Shown piece by piece: positions 50,585-62,999 of a DNA stretch of 64,000 bases. The notes beneath the pieces are model-generated. The model did not search any database, was not told the origin of the DNA, and worked only from the letters and a program-made list of their open reading frames with translations. Source of the stretch: Neoechinorhynchus agilis (lineage: Eukaryota; Animalia; Acanthocephala). A program made the translations under genes and the position numbers. Where the stretch lies: NCBI GenBank assembly GCA_051530055.1, contig CM121343.1:466389-530388 (forward strand), written 5' to 3'. Positions within the stretch are counted from its first letter, which is position 1. Every line of letters begins with the position of its first letter.

Positions 50585-50622
50585 ACAATATTTCGTCGAT
50601 CTCATTGGACTTCTTCAGGTCT
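50585..50622 (-). ncRNA. Minimal hammerhead ribozyme motif (family C)
   Basis: GAC-CTGAAGA-A-GTC-CAATGAGATC-GAC-GAAATAT-T-GTG. Confidence 0.65.
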
Positions 50623-50759
50623 AAAATGTAGGCCAGGGTGGCTTTATCCTCAATTTTAACCAATAAACCGCCTTATTAGAATGGAGCTTGCTTCAACGAT
50701 CACACTTGCATATCAATCGCAACTTCGTATCAATACACTGACGTCTTAACAACCAATCT

Positions 50760-51480
50760 CATGATTGGATGTCGAGTGACTCACCACTGCAAAGCTTTTG
50801 GTCTGCACAATATAGAGTTGTGGACAGTCTTGGAGAACGGACATATTATCCCATTGAGTACTCTAAAGAAAGCCTTTCTGTATGGCTTCAGCCAAGTCCT
50901 ATGGCGAGAAGGATCGACGGAGGGAGCACCAGCACTGATCTATAGATTCTCGATCAGTTCATACTGATCGATACAACAAGTGACTTTGGCAGCTTCGTTC
51001 ATTACTGAGCAGCCTTATCCAGGAAGAGTACTGCTAACCGCAAATCGGGAAAGGTGGAGAAAAGGACATCTAAACAAACGATTTGTCTAAAACTGCTGCG
51101 ATAGGTGACTACGCCGTTGAACGGTCACTCACCTTGACTCTGGTATCAAAACGAGAGATTGATAGCTGTTGTCGCAATCCTCCTGGAACTTATAATCAGT
51201 GTTTATGCTCCATCTCTGGACTCAAATGAGGATGAAAAGCTTTCAAGAACAACCATCAATGCTCCTGCGAGAGATAAATTATTCATTCTGAGTGATCTAA
51301 GAACCAGTTTTGAAAAAGAAAACCACAATTGGAAAAATATAATCGGACAACATTGAATCGTGAAATGCAACAACAAGAATGGATATCTAACACTTCGTCT
51401 TTGTGAAGAATTTGAACTATGCATTGCCAACACATTTTAGCAGCCGAAGGATAAAAAAGTGCGCCCACTTAACCACGTGG
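50760..51480 (+). mobile_element. Decayed APE endonuclease of an RTE-like non-LTR retrotransposon; mirrored at ~61930-62579 (-)
   Basis: IISVYAPSLDS, DKLFILSDL, GQH..KCNNKNG..L..C.EFELCIANTF motifs with stops and frameshifts. Confidence 0.8.
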
Positions 51481-51809
51481 TAAACTGCAAATGTTTCTCA
51501 GACTTCAGAGCCTCCAAATCAATCCCTGAATATGTCCAACGCTGGACAGACAACTCCATCGAATTCCGGCTAGAGTTTGAATTCAAGATTAATTGTTCAA
51601 TCGAAAAGTTACCAGAGCCAAACTGAAAAAGATTCCCCGATGTGTTTGATCTTAGCTACCCTGAGAGTTAGGCAAACTTTCTTCGAAATGTTAAAACTGT
51701 TTTCGAACACAATTCAGTACGGAACTTTATCAAGATCTCTCTCCTCATAAGATTGAATAAACTGATAAAAGTTCGCCGCTCAGTGTAAATTGCACTTATT
51801 GAACGAAAG

Positions 51810-53250
51810 TGAGAAAGATTGGATTCATCCGCAATTGCGACATATCAAAAGTTACGCCTTTCATTGCCCACTTGACTCAAACATTGTCTAGGAATACGAG
51901 TATTTCAGCCCTGAAAACGAGTGGGAATCATAAAAGTATCCGATACAATCACGAAATATCATTGGCTTTCGTTTTAGTATTCTCACATCACAGCTTTATT
52001 GATTTTGGCTTAAGACATTGATCGGAACAGATATTTAAGCAATCCACATACAGAATTATCCATACTGATCCATTGTAGTATTTGACGAATAAGCAGTGTA
52101 AATGTTACTCAACCCCTTACCGTGGCCAAAAAGATAAACATTCAGACTTGTACGGTCTTCATTTGTTTCTCTTTGACGAGTTTTCTTGGAACCTGAGATC
52201 GAAGCATAATGTCTTGGTACGTGTCGATTTCATACAAATATTCGTCCCTGATTATGAAATTCACATTATATTGATTTTCGAAATAATGATCATACATCTT
52301 TTATTGAGTATACAGAACCAGTTTTAGTTTTCAAGGAAAAAGTGAAGTGGATAATGAAATGACCGAACTAATCATTCTAAAATTGTAGTGTGCCGTTCTG
52401 GACGCTGCTGGGCAAAGGTTTTTTGAAAAACCGATTGATTCAACAAAATTGAACAACGATATTTTGAGATGAAAGTTATCAGGAAAGTCAATATCGAATT
52501 CATTTGAAAAAGCTAATAACGATCCGTCGACGCATAAGGAAAAAGGCTGAGACAAAAAGTACATATAAAGAAGAAATGCTTTTGGGATTAAAATTGCAAT
52601 GTATAATCGTTCGATTTTAAGCAAATCCTAATCAAATAGAAGATTATCGTTTGTCGGCATATTAAGGCAAAGTATTCCAATGATATGAACATTGAAGAAA
52701 GGAACCATGGAGTTATTTGAAAGCTATCAGCTATACTTTTTGATAGAACTGAATATTCACATTTAATCGCTGGAAGCTTCTTCGAAACTAGAACTGCTTC
52801 TAAATAATCAATAAAAGATGTCAGATCATCCTTTCGAAAATCTATTAAATGTGGATTTTTTTAATCCGGAAATATTATTTTTATGAAATCCGCACACAAA
52901 AAGAGAAATAAACATAGCTGAACAAAGTCCGAATGTTTATCTTTTTGGTCACGATAAGGCGTTGAGTAACATTTACACCGTTGAGTCGGCAAATACTACC
53001 GTCGATCTGCATGGATAATGCTGTAAATGGATTGCTAGGCTGCTCTGACAAATGTCTGAAATCAAAAGCATGGAAGCTCTAAAGAATACATTAACGGAAG
53101 TCAATTATACCTTTTTATTATATCGGATGCGTTTTGGATTCTCATACGTTTCATTACTAAAATACTCCTAGACAATGTCCGAGTCAAGTTGGCAATGTTG
53201 GGCGTCTTTTATGATATATCGACACCACAGATAAATCAAGTCTTTCTCTC
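51810..53250. repeat. Nested diverged inverted repeat (~340 bp arms) inside the left arm; mirrored at ~60163-61603
   Basis: gtgtaaatgttactcaac...ggccaaaaagataaacattc (~52090-52145) pairs with ~52925-52980; acttgactc..acattgtctagga (~51870) pairs with ~53165-53190. Confidence 0.75.
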
Positions 53251-53579
53251 TCTCGTTCAAACCAATTTTCTAAAATATCAATTTATGTCAGGAGGTAAGA
53301 AACAAAGGAAAATGTTACCAATTTGGTTTCTAACAACGAAACGGCTCAAGGTTGGATACCTCGAATCATCATGGAAGACTCAATATCCGCATTTGAACTG
53401 AACTAAGAACAATCGCGAAAAAGGGGACAAAGGAGTCCGCTACTTTGGCTCTTTGAAATGAATTTGAATAACGCAATCAACAAAGCGAAATTGTTGACAA
53501 TTATCGTATTGGGATGCAGTGATTAATTGGAAGAAATAGAAACGTTCAATGAGCAACGTAACCAGAATCTTCATTTAAA

Positions 53580-54361
53580 CGTTGATCAATCCGGTAACGA
53601 ATGTTCAAAGTTCAATCGCCAAAATTCGCTCGATGGTAAGAGCAATCAAGAAAGAGCGATTGGCAAAAATCAGTAAACTTATTTTGCGACTTCGCGTCGC
53701 TTACGATTCTTTGCCAGCTACGAGTGAGAATTTATCCGACCAGAGGACAACGATATCTCCCCCGGTTTCATCAGTGGTTTGTTCTTTAAATTCGACCTGT
53801 TCAAAACGTTACTCGCGATGTTTCATGCAATCTCTAAGACAGGAGTTGGTCACTTGTTTGACGATGTGCATAGCGGAAGCGATAATCACAATGGCAGCAA
53901 AGTACCAACATCCATTGTTGTTGTTTACCGCGACGGAATCGGCGACGGCGAGCTCGGAAACATCGGGATGAGTGAATGTCAACAAATCCTCATGGAAATA
54001 AGTATGGTCGTTGGATGAGGTGAAAACGAAGCGCCGAAGCCAAAAATCACGTACATTGTAGTAAAGAAGCGAATCGATTTCTGATTCTTCACATTGTGCA
54101 GTCTAAACAAATCTCGATGACGGTCTTGTTGTTGGAAGAATTTTTGACGGTGGAGCGATTTCTATATTGTGGCACAAAGAGTTACTCAAAGTTCAGCCAC
54201 GTAACTTCAACATCCAGGCGGATAAAAACAAGTTCTCGGTGGACGAAATGCAGCAAATCTCCTATAAGTTGTGTAACAAATATTTCAATCGGTCCAGAGC
54301 AATCATAGTGCCACCAATGTGGAAATACGCCAAGTCACGCTCATGCCGACGAAAACGATAG
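53580..54361 (+). pseudogene. piwi: Piwi-subfamily PIWI-domain pseudogene (frameshifts, stops, no introns seen)
   Basis: VVCSLN.TCSKRYSRC..Q..RQELV.CL..C, IVVVYRDGIGDGEL, KITYIVVKKRI, WSDFYIVAQ, QQISYKLCNKYFN..RAIIVP...YA motifs spread across three frames. Confidence 0.88.
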
Positions 54362-55299
54362 AGCCGGAGGAGGTGTTAGAAAAACAAAAAAGGAAAATAT
54401 TCTGGCATTTTTTAAGTGGCAATAACAATTCACGGCTATGAAAATTTTCCGATTACGTACGATTGCATGATTTGCTCAATAAAGGTAAAACAGAACGATC
54501 TCGAAGACAAGCTGATAAAAGCAATGCTTAAAACCGAAAATCGCCATTAATCGATCGAGTATTCGAAAAGTTAATTGCATAAGCAATACACTCAAAGAAT
54601 AGTCGATTAAATTTAGAGAAACCAATAAAACGTCATTATCTACGGAGTATTGACGGCAAAGTAACCTCAGAAGATTTGAGTAACATATTAATAAGTTAAT
54701 AAAGTGGAGAGATAAGATTTTAGGAAAAAATTAAGTTTCGGTCATGCAACTGTGCCGAAAAGTAAAACAAAGAATGGCACGAACTCTCAAATTTAAGAAC
54801 TTACAAGAAACCTCGATAAAGAAACAAGATTGTGCCTAAATATTGGAACCAATAAATCCTTTTTTACGCCAGATGCAAACATGAACAATTCAACCTTCAG
54901 CAGTAACGCAAAACGGAATCAAGCTTAAAACGTTTCTTGATGAAGGCAAGACTGAAAATTTCAGCGGAAGTGGAATATTTTTATTCTTCTTTTCTGGAAG
55001 AATCATTCAAACAACATTTCCATCTCCCATCCGAAGTCTATTTTGATGAACGATTGGATGTTCAACGGATGTGATCATCCCTGGACGAAGCGAATACTGC
55101 AATGGAGCGATGATTCACAAATCACTAAGATCGATAATCTCGGAGAATCCAAGTTCGTTCAACTGATGGATGAACATTATTTCGTTCCATAAAAATCACG
55201 AATTTCTGTGTACCCATTTCATTCTCAAAAGTGTCATATTTTGAGGGATGTTTACTTCAATTAATAAAGAATCTCAATCAGAAGCAGGAGAAATGCTTA

Positions 55300-56800
55300 C
55301 GATAGAATCTGAGGTCCGAATATAGAAAGGAGTGTTGAATCCGCAATGATTGACGGGCTATTGAGTGACCACGCACCCAAACAAGCACTGGAACCATGTA
55401 TCTTCGGATTCGTGCTATTTGATTGAGACTGAATTCGAAAAGAGTGCATGAGCCTTTCCTCCGATTCAGGCCGTAGACTCATGGGTTGATTGTGCGATGG
55501 CAATTGATTGCTGCAAGCGAGAGGATAAAGACGATACCGAATCGAAGAGAAAGCAGTTGAATCGTGCCCTTCGAGAAGTGATTGCCATTAGAAATCTGAG
55601 AGGTATGAACGGCTTTACATGCGGACTATTGCGCATTCCAGTAATGTATACAATGGCTAAGACGTACAAAATGTCAATTGTCCCGATCACAACAACGACC
55701 GCAAATTTATTAAAATGTCGCCCGATAATTTCGGCCTTTAATGGATCACGAGATATCTCGGCTTTTGGCAGTGGCTGTTAGTGTACGAAACGTCGAGGAC
55801 TACTCCAAACTCTGCAATCGCGGCGAGGTGATCTTATAGGTAGCCGCGTCATGCCCTTCGATTTCGAGTCGCTTTATACGAATGTGGACAACGAACCATC
55901 GGTCAGAGCACCGGAGAGAAGGTTGGGAGAGTGCGAAGAGGATATCAATCTCTTTGGGATGCAATCGTGTGATGTGATTCGCCTCATCCGGATGGCTTTG
56001 GATTGCAACCTTTTCCAATATGACAACCATTTATAGCACCAGATCCGAGGATTGTCCATGGGAAATGGTTTGGCGTTGGAAAGAGCATCTTCCCACACTT
56101 TGCGTCGAGCCAAATTTATCTCCGCTATGTGGATGATGTTTTGTTCACCTACAGAGAAGAGAGTGAAGGGAATGACGTGGAGTCCCGGTTGAATTTGATG
56201 GATTCGGTTAGGCGGATCAGAGTTACCCGGGACTGCGGATTCGCCGCCGTGCAAGAAGACCATTTTCATGCATCGAGATTCCCATCACTCTTAAGTGATA
56301 AAACATGCGATCTACGCTCAGATGCATCGGACTGCATGGACGTGCTCATCATCGGTAGATGCGGAACGATTGGCGGTTCAGGAAATCAATGAATTTTTGG
56401 CTCAAAATGGATACTCAGGTCAAGAGATCAGAAGACCTCAATTACGCTCGGAAAAGGCTAGCCAGCGAATAGTTGATGATCCCGAGAGGAATCGGCAAAA
56501 GTTAAAGCCCACTCTGAAGATTCCATTCGTCAGCGAGCAATTAACGAACAACATAAGACGACTGCTGCGAAGAGCGGGATTGGATGTTCGCCTGGTTCAC
56601 TGGAGACATCATGAAGCACCAAGTTCATGCCGGAGCGCACGTAAGATGTGTAGATTTGCGCCAGGCAAGGACAGGAGGGGTCAATATGGTGGTGCTCGGT
56701 GTGGAGAGAACGCAACGTTTTGTATAAGATGACCTGCAAACGTTGCAAAAAAGAAGGAAATGGCGTTATATCACATTCATTGGAGGAGGACGGAGCAGCG
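55300..56800 (+). mobile_element. Decayed Penelope-like element (RT + GIY-YIG)
   Basis: MY.MAK.YK...KCRPIIS, PFDFESLYTNV, YHQIRGLSMGN.LA, RYVDDVL, KHAIY...R, LKIPFVSEQL, NVLYKMTCKRC motifs in order with frameshifts. Confidence 0.9.
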
Positions 56801-56959
56801 ACCGCTGTACAAACGAGTTACACGGAGCCTGTTCGTAATGCGCTCAATCCCAGTACGAGTGGGCGGAACACCATTCGCGGTGCCATTCAGATGGCGAGGT
56901 GAACCTCTCTACCGAAATCATTTATAAATGTTGATAGGAGAGATAAATGAAATTAAGAT

Positions 56960-57216
56960 TTTATTGGATATTTCGATCCACTATCTCGGATATTCTTCAG
57001 CGATCTAAAACACAGGGATTCTCAATTCACGCGTCACATAACATCCGGTGGGAGTCGCATCCTTAATTTGATATCAGGTTTATTGCCCTCCAACGTTTCG
57101 AACCTATTTATAAGGATAGTGCGAGAGTACGCCAACAGCCACACCTTGGGCGGAACACCATTCGAGGTGCGATTCAGATATCGAGGTAAACCTCCGTAAA
57201 GTACGGAGCTCCACAA
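56960..57216 (-). mobile_element. Inverted pseudo-LTR with hammerhead (core 56965-57003)
   Basis: CTGAAGA-A-TATCC-GAGATAGT-GGATC-GAAATAT-C just 3' of a short ORF on the minus strand; direct repeat 56863-56906/57150-57194. Confidence 0.6.
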
Positions 57217-58488
57217 TCTTAATTACAGTGTTGTTTATTTTTAAAGAAACTAATAAATCAAAATCTATATTTCCGCTTATTTATTTGGATGATATTTTCC
57301 TATTCTGCAAACATAAGAAAAAAAGCTTTTTAATGGAACATATTAGTAATTATTTAATGATTTTTAAAACTCGAAAAACGGTCATTTTTACATTCCTGAT
57401 CTGAATGGCCACAACCTTTTTTCGTATTTTCTAACTGAAAGAAATAATAGCCTCTTGGGACTCGACTTCCCTCCTAAAAAACCAAGGAGCTTTATCAACA
57501 CATTTTTACTAGGACTTTGTCTTAAAGTCAAACGTCTTATATCAAGTGGCCTCCTCCTTATTGTTAATGCTAAGACGTTAAACATCATTCTTTTTATCTT
57601 TCAAAGTGGATCTCTCTGTTTTTTTCTAGAGGTCGTAAAAATTCCAAACCATTTTGTCTAGATCTCTTTTTAGTCACGAAATGCTCATTTCAGCTACAAC
57701 CAATAACCACCAACCTTCCCACCCGACCGGTCTCGTCATTTACTTCAAAATAAACAGCCCCATTCAAGGAACCCATCAGAATTCGAGAGCTCACGGGAGT
57801 TTAAAGGTACATTAACGTGTTATTACTGTAAGTTCTCGAATCATGAATCTATTTTTTTGCGACGTGCCCTTGAGCCGATGAATTTCTTATTCGAGACGGA
57901 ATTTCTTATCTTGGGTATTTCCGTGATATAGAAAACATCACGTTTCTCAAACATTTGAATGAATAAAAACGTTAAGAATACGTTGTTCGATGAATAATGC
58001 CATTTCTGAAATGTTTGCATCCAGCGTAAAAAAATTGGAACGATTTATGGGTTCCAATATTTCGGAACAATCTTGTTTCTTTATCAAGGTTTCTTGTAAG
58101 TTCTTAAATTTGAGAGTTCGTGTGATTCTATTCCCCTTGCTTTAAGATTAGCAGATTCGCCATAAATCTGCCGTATGTGTTTGAAGATTGAATTGTTCAT
58201 GTTTGCATCTAGCGTAAAAAATAAAAGGATTTATTGGTTCCAATATTTAGGCACAATCTTGTGTCTTTATCAAGGTTTCTTGTAAGTTAGGAACAAGTTT
58301 TTACGCCAGATGCAAACATGAACATTTCAATATTCAAAAATTTATTAAATGGTTTTGAAATTGTATTCTGTTTAAGGTAAATGCGACCGCCAAAGTTAAT
58401 TGCTCAATCGTTTTACTTTTCGGCACAGTTGCATGACCGTAACTAAAATTAATTCCTAAAATCTTATCTCTCCACTTTTCTATTATGA

Positions 58489-58690
58489 ATATCGATGTGT
58501 GGCCTATTATGACACGGCTGTTAATTTTTGGGCACACAGCCCACCGACATGGTTCAAAGAAGTAATTTAATTACTCAAAGCACTGAACCATCCGGTACGA
58601 GTTTGTACATTCCTCCGGATTCTGAACCAGGTCGGTGGGCTGTGTGCTCAAAAATTAACAGCCGTGTTATAATAGGCCACACATCGATAT
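58489..58690. mobile_element. MITE-like element, 202 bp, ~68 bp terminal inverted repeats
   Basis: atatcgatgtgtggcctattat.acacggctgttaattttt.ggcacacagcccaccgac matches its reverse complement at the other end; interrupts the inward extension of the giant IR. Confidence 0.85.
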
Positions 58691-59051
58691 AAGTTACCGG
58701 CTCGTCAATCTTCGTAACTTATTAATATGTTACTCAAATCTTCTGAGGTTACTTTGCCGTCAATACTCCGTAGATAATGACGTTTTATTGGTTTCTCTAA
58801 ATTTAATCGACTATTCTTTGAGTGTATTGCTTATGCAATTAACTTTTCGACTACTCGATCGATTAATGGCGATTTTCGGTTTTAAGCATTGCTTTTATCA
58901 GCTTGTCTTCGAGATCGTTCTGTTTTACCTTTATTGAGCAAATCATGCAATCGTACGTAATCGGAAAATTTTCATAGCCGTGAATTGTTATTGCCACTTA
59001 AAAAATGCCAGAATATTTTCCTTTTTTGTTTTTCTAACACCTCCTCCGGCT

Positions 59052-59833
59052 CTATCGTTTTCGTCGGCATGAGCGTGACTTGGCGTATTTCCACATTGGT
59101 GGCACTATGATTGCTCTGGACCAATTGAAATATTTGTTACACAACTTATAGGAGATTTGCTGCATTTCGTCCACCGAGAACTTGTTTTTATCCGCCTGGA
59201 TGTTGAAGTTACGTGGCTGAACTTTGAGTAACTCTTTGTGCCACAATATAGAAATCGCTCCACCGTCAAAAATTCTTCCAACAACAAGACCGTCATCGAG
59301 ATTTGTTTAGACTGCACAATGTGAAGAATCAGAAATCGATTCGCTTCTTTACTACAATGTACGTGATTTTTGGCTTCGGCGCTTCGTTTTCACCTCATCC
59401 AACGACCATACTTATTTCCATGAGGATTTGTTGACATTCACTCATCCCGATGTTTCCGAGCTCGCCGTCGCCGATTCCGTCGCGGTAAACAACAACAATG
59501 GATGTTGGTACTTTGCTGCCATTGTGATTATCGCTTCCGCTATGCACATCGTCAAACAAGTGACCAACTCCTGTCTTAGAGATTGCATGAAACATCGCGA
59601 GTAACGTTTTGAACAGGTCGAATTTAAAGAACAAACCACTGATGAAACCGGGGGAGATATCGTTGTCCTCTGGTCGGATAAATTCTCACTCGTAGCTGGC
59701 AAAGAATCGTAAGCGACGCGAAGTCGCAAAATAAGTTTACTGATTTTTGCCAATCGCTCTTTCTTGATTGCTCTTACCATCGAGCGAATTTTGGCGATTG
59801 AACTTTGAACATTCGTTACCGGATTGATCAACG
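59052..59833 (-). pseudogene. piwi: Second (mirror) copy of the Piwi pseudogene
   Basis: Same ORF fragments as 53580-54361; YFNW here versus YFNR in the left copy. Confidence 0.88.
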
Positions 59834-62800
59834 TTTAAATGAAGATTCTGGTTACACCGCTCATTGAACGTTTCTATTTCTTCCCATTAATCACTGCATC
59901 CCAATACGATAATTGTCAACAATTTCGCTTTGTTGATTGCGTTATTCAAATTCATTTCAAAGAGCCAAAGTAGCGGACTCCTTTGTCCCCTTTTTCGCGA
60001 TTGTTCTTAGTTCAGTTCAAATGCGGATATTGAGTCTTCCATGATGATTCGAGGTATCCAACCTTGAGCCGTTTCGTTGTTAGAAACCAAATTGGTAACA
60101 TTTTCCTTTGTTTCTTACCTCCTGACATAAATTGATATTTTAGAAAATTGGTTTGAACGAGAGAGAGAAAGACTTGATTTATCTGTGGTGTCGATATATC
60201 ATAAAAGACGCCCAACATTGCCAACTTGACTCGGACATTGTCTAGGAGTATTTTAGTAATGAAACGTATGAGAATCCAAAACGCATCCGATATAATAAAA
60301 AGGTATAATTGACTTCCGTTAATGTATTCTTTAGAGCTTCCATGCTTTTGATTTCAGACATTTGTCAGAGCAGCCTAGCAATCCATTTACAGCATTATCC
60401 ATGCAGATCGACGGTAGTATTTGCCGACTCAACGGTGTAAATGTTACTCAACGCCTTATCGTGACCAAAAAGATAAACATTCGGACTTTGTTCAGCTATG
60501 TTTATTTCTCTTTTTGTGTGCGGATTTCATAAAAATAATATTTCCGGATTAAAAAAATCCACATTTAATAGATTTTCGAAAGGATGATCTGACATCTTTT
60601 ATTGATTATTTAGAAGCAGTTCTAGTTTCGAAGAAGCTTCCAGCGATTAAATGTGAATATTCAGTTCTATCAAAAAGTATAGCTGATAGCTTTCAAATAA
60701 CTCCATGGTTCCTTTCTTCAATGTTCATATCATTGGAATACTTTGCCTTAATATGCCGACAAACGATAATCTTCTATTTGATTAGGATTTGCTTAAAATC
60801 GAACGATTATACATTGCAATTTTAATCCCAAAAGCATTTCTTCTTTATATGTACTTTTTGTCTCAGCCTTTTTCCTTATGCGTCGACGGATCGTTATTAG
60901 CTTTTTCAAATGAATTCGATATTGACTTTCCTGATAACTTTCATCTCAAAATATCGTTGTTCAATTTTGTTGAATCAATCGGTTTTTCAAAAAACCTTTG
61001 CCCAGCAGCGTCCAGAACGGCACACTACAATTTTAGAATGATTAGTTCGGTCATTTCATTATCCACTTCACTTTTTCCTTGAAAACTAAAACTGGTTCTG
61101 TATACTCAATAAAAGATGTATGATCATTATTTCGAAAATCAATATAATGTGAATTTCATAATCAGGGACGAATATTTGTATGAAATCGACACGTACCAAG
61201 ACATTATGCTTCGATCTCAGGTTCCAAGAAAACTCGTCAAAGAGAAACAAATGAAGACCGTACAAGTCTGAATGTTTATCTTTTTGGCCACGGTAAGGGG
61301 TTGAGTAACATTTACACTGCTTATTCGTCAAATACTACAATGGATCAGTATGGATAATTCTGTATGTGGATTGCCTAAATATCTGTTCCGATCAATGTCT
61401 TAAGCCAAAATCAATAAAGCTGTGATGTGAGAATACTAAAACGAAAGCCAATGATATTTCGTGATTGTATCGGATACTTTTATGATTCCCACTCGTTTTC
61501 AGGGCTGAAATACTCGTATTCCTAGACAATGTTTGAGTCAAGTGGGCAATGAAAGGCGTAACTTTTGATATGTCGCAATTGCGGATGAATCCAATCTTTC
61601 TCACTTTCGTTCAATAAGTGCAATTTACACTGAGCGGCGAACTTTTATCAGTTTATTCAATGTCATCAGGAGAAAGATCTTAACAAAGTTCCGTACTGAA
61701 TTGTGTTCGAAAACAGTTTTAACATTTCGAAGAAAGTTTGCCTAACTCTCAGGGTAGCTAAGATCAAACACATCGGGGAATCTTTTTCAGTTTGGCTCTG
61801 GTAACTTTTCGATTGAACAATTAATCTTGAATTCAAACTCTAGCCGGAATTCGATGGAGTTGTCTGTCCAGCGTTGGACATATTCAGGGATTGATTTGGA
61901 GGCTCTGAAGTCTGAGAAACATTTGCAGTTTACCACGTGGTTAAGTGGGCGCACTTTTTTATCCTTCGGCTGCTAAAATGTGTTGGCAATGCATAGTTCA
62001 AATTCTTCACAAAGACGAAGTGTTAGATATCCATTCTTGTTGTTGCATTTCACGATTCAATGTTGTCCGATTATATTTTTCCAATTGTGGTTTTCTTTTT
62101 CAAAACTGGTGCTTAGATCACTCAGAATGAATAACTTATCTCTCGCAGGAGCATTGATGGTTGTTCTTGAAAGCTTTTCATCCTCATTTGAGTCCAGAGA
62201 TGGAGCATAAACACTGATTATAAGTTCCAGGAGGATTGCGACAACAGCTATCAATCTCTCGTTTTGATACCAGAGTCAAGGTGAGTGACCGTTCAACGGC
62301 GTAGTCACCTATCGCAGCAGTTTTAGACAAATCGTTTGTTTAGATGTCCTTTTCTCCACCTTTCCCGATTTGCGGTTAGCAGTACTCTTCCTGGATAAGG
62401 CTGCTCAGTAATGAACGAAGCTGCCAAAGTCACTTGTTGTATCGATCAGTATGAACTGATCGAGAATCTATAGATCAGTGCTGGTGCTCCCTCCGTCGAT
62501 CCTTCTCGCCATAGGACTTGGCTGAAGCCATACAGAAAGGCTTTCTTTAGAGTACTCAATGGGATAATCATATCCGTTCGCCACATACTTTGAACTCAAT
62601 GTAACTGGATCCATGGCACGCACGAAGACGAGAAGACGGAGTGAGAAATTGTTCTACAATCGGATGCGTAAAACCGGCCAATATGGCATTACCTTGATCC
62701 AACCAAGGTTCGTGGAAAGATAGATTCATGATTCGAGAACTTACAATAATAAGACGTTAATGTACCTTTAAACTCCCGTGAACTCTCGAGTTCTGTTGGG

Positions 62801-62999
62801 TTCCTTGAATGGGGCTGTTGATTTTTAAGTAAATGACGGGTCTGTTGGGGTGGGAAGGTTGGTGGTTATTGATCGTATTAGAATTTGTGAAGTTGGGTCT
62901 TTCCTCAGGTTCGTTTCGAGTGATGATATTCGAGAAGATTCGGCATTGCGGAAAAGGGAGCGAAGGTAGAGGAAGATGTGAGCTACAAGAGGACGAAAG

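Larger units (their letters stand above)
50835..62579. repeat. Giant inverted repeat: arms 50835-54698 and 58715-62579 (~3.86 kb, near-identical), ~4 kb spacer
   Basis: All ORFs in one arm recur on the opposite strand with coordinate sum ~113413; only a few substitutions seen. Confidence 0.97.
57674..62890. repeat. Pair of inverted ~175 bp repeats (57674-57851 and 62721-62890) bracketing the right arm
   Basis: ccaaccttcccacc...cagccccattcaaggaaccca..agaa.tcgagag.tcacgggagtttaaaggtacattaacg...gttctcgaatcatgaatcta and its reverse complement; clearly more diverged than the giant arms. Confidence 0.8.

Noticed and set aside
55297-55503. Minus-strand PKIH motif suggesting a second RT
   Set aside because: No further RT motifs follow on that strand; the plus strand carries the ordered Penelope motifs
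58020-58036. aaaattggaacgat resembling U6 snRNA
   Set aside because: Short match inside a dispersed repeat; no ACAGAGA box or other U6 sequence
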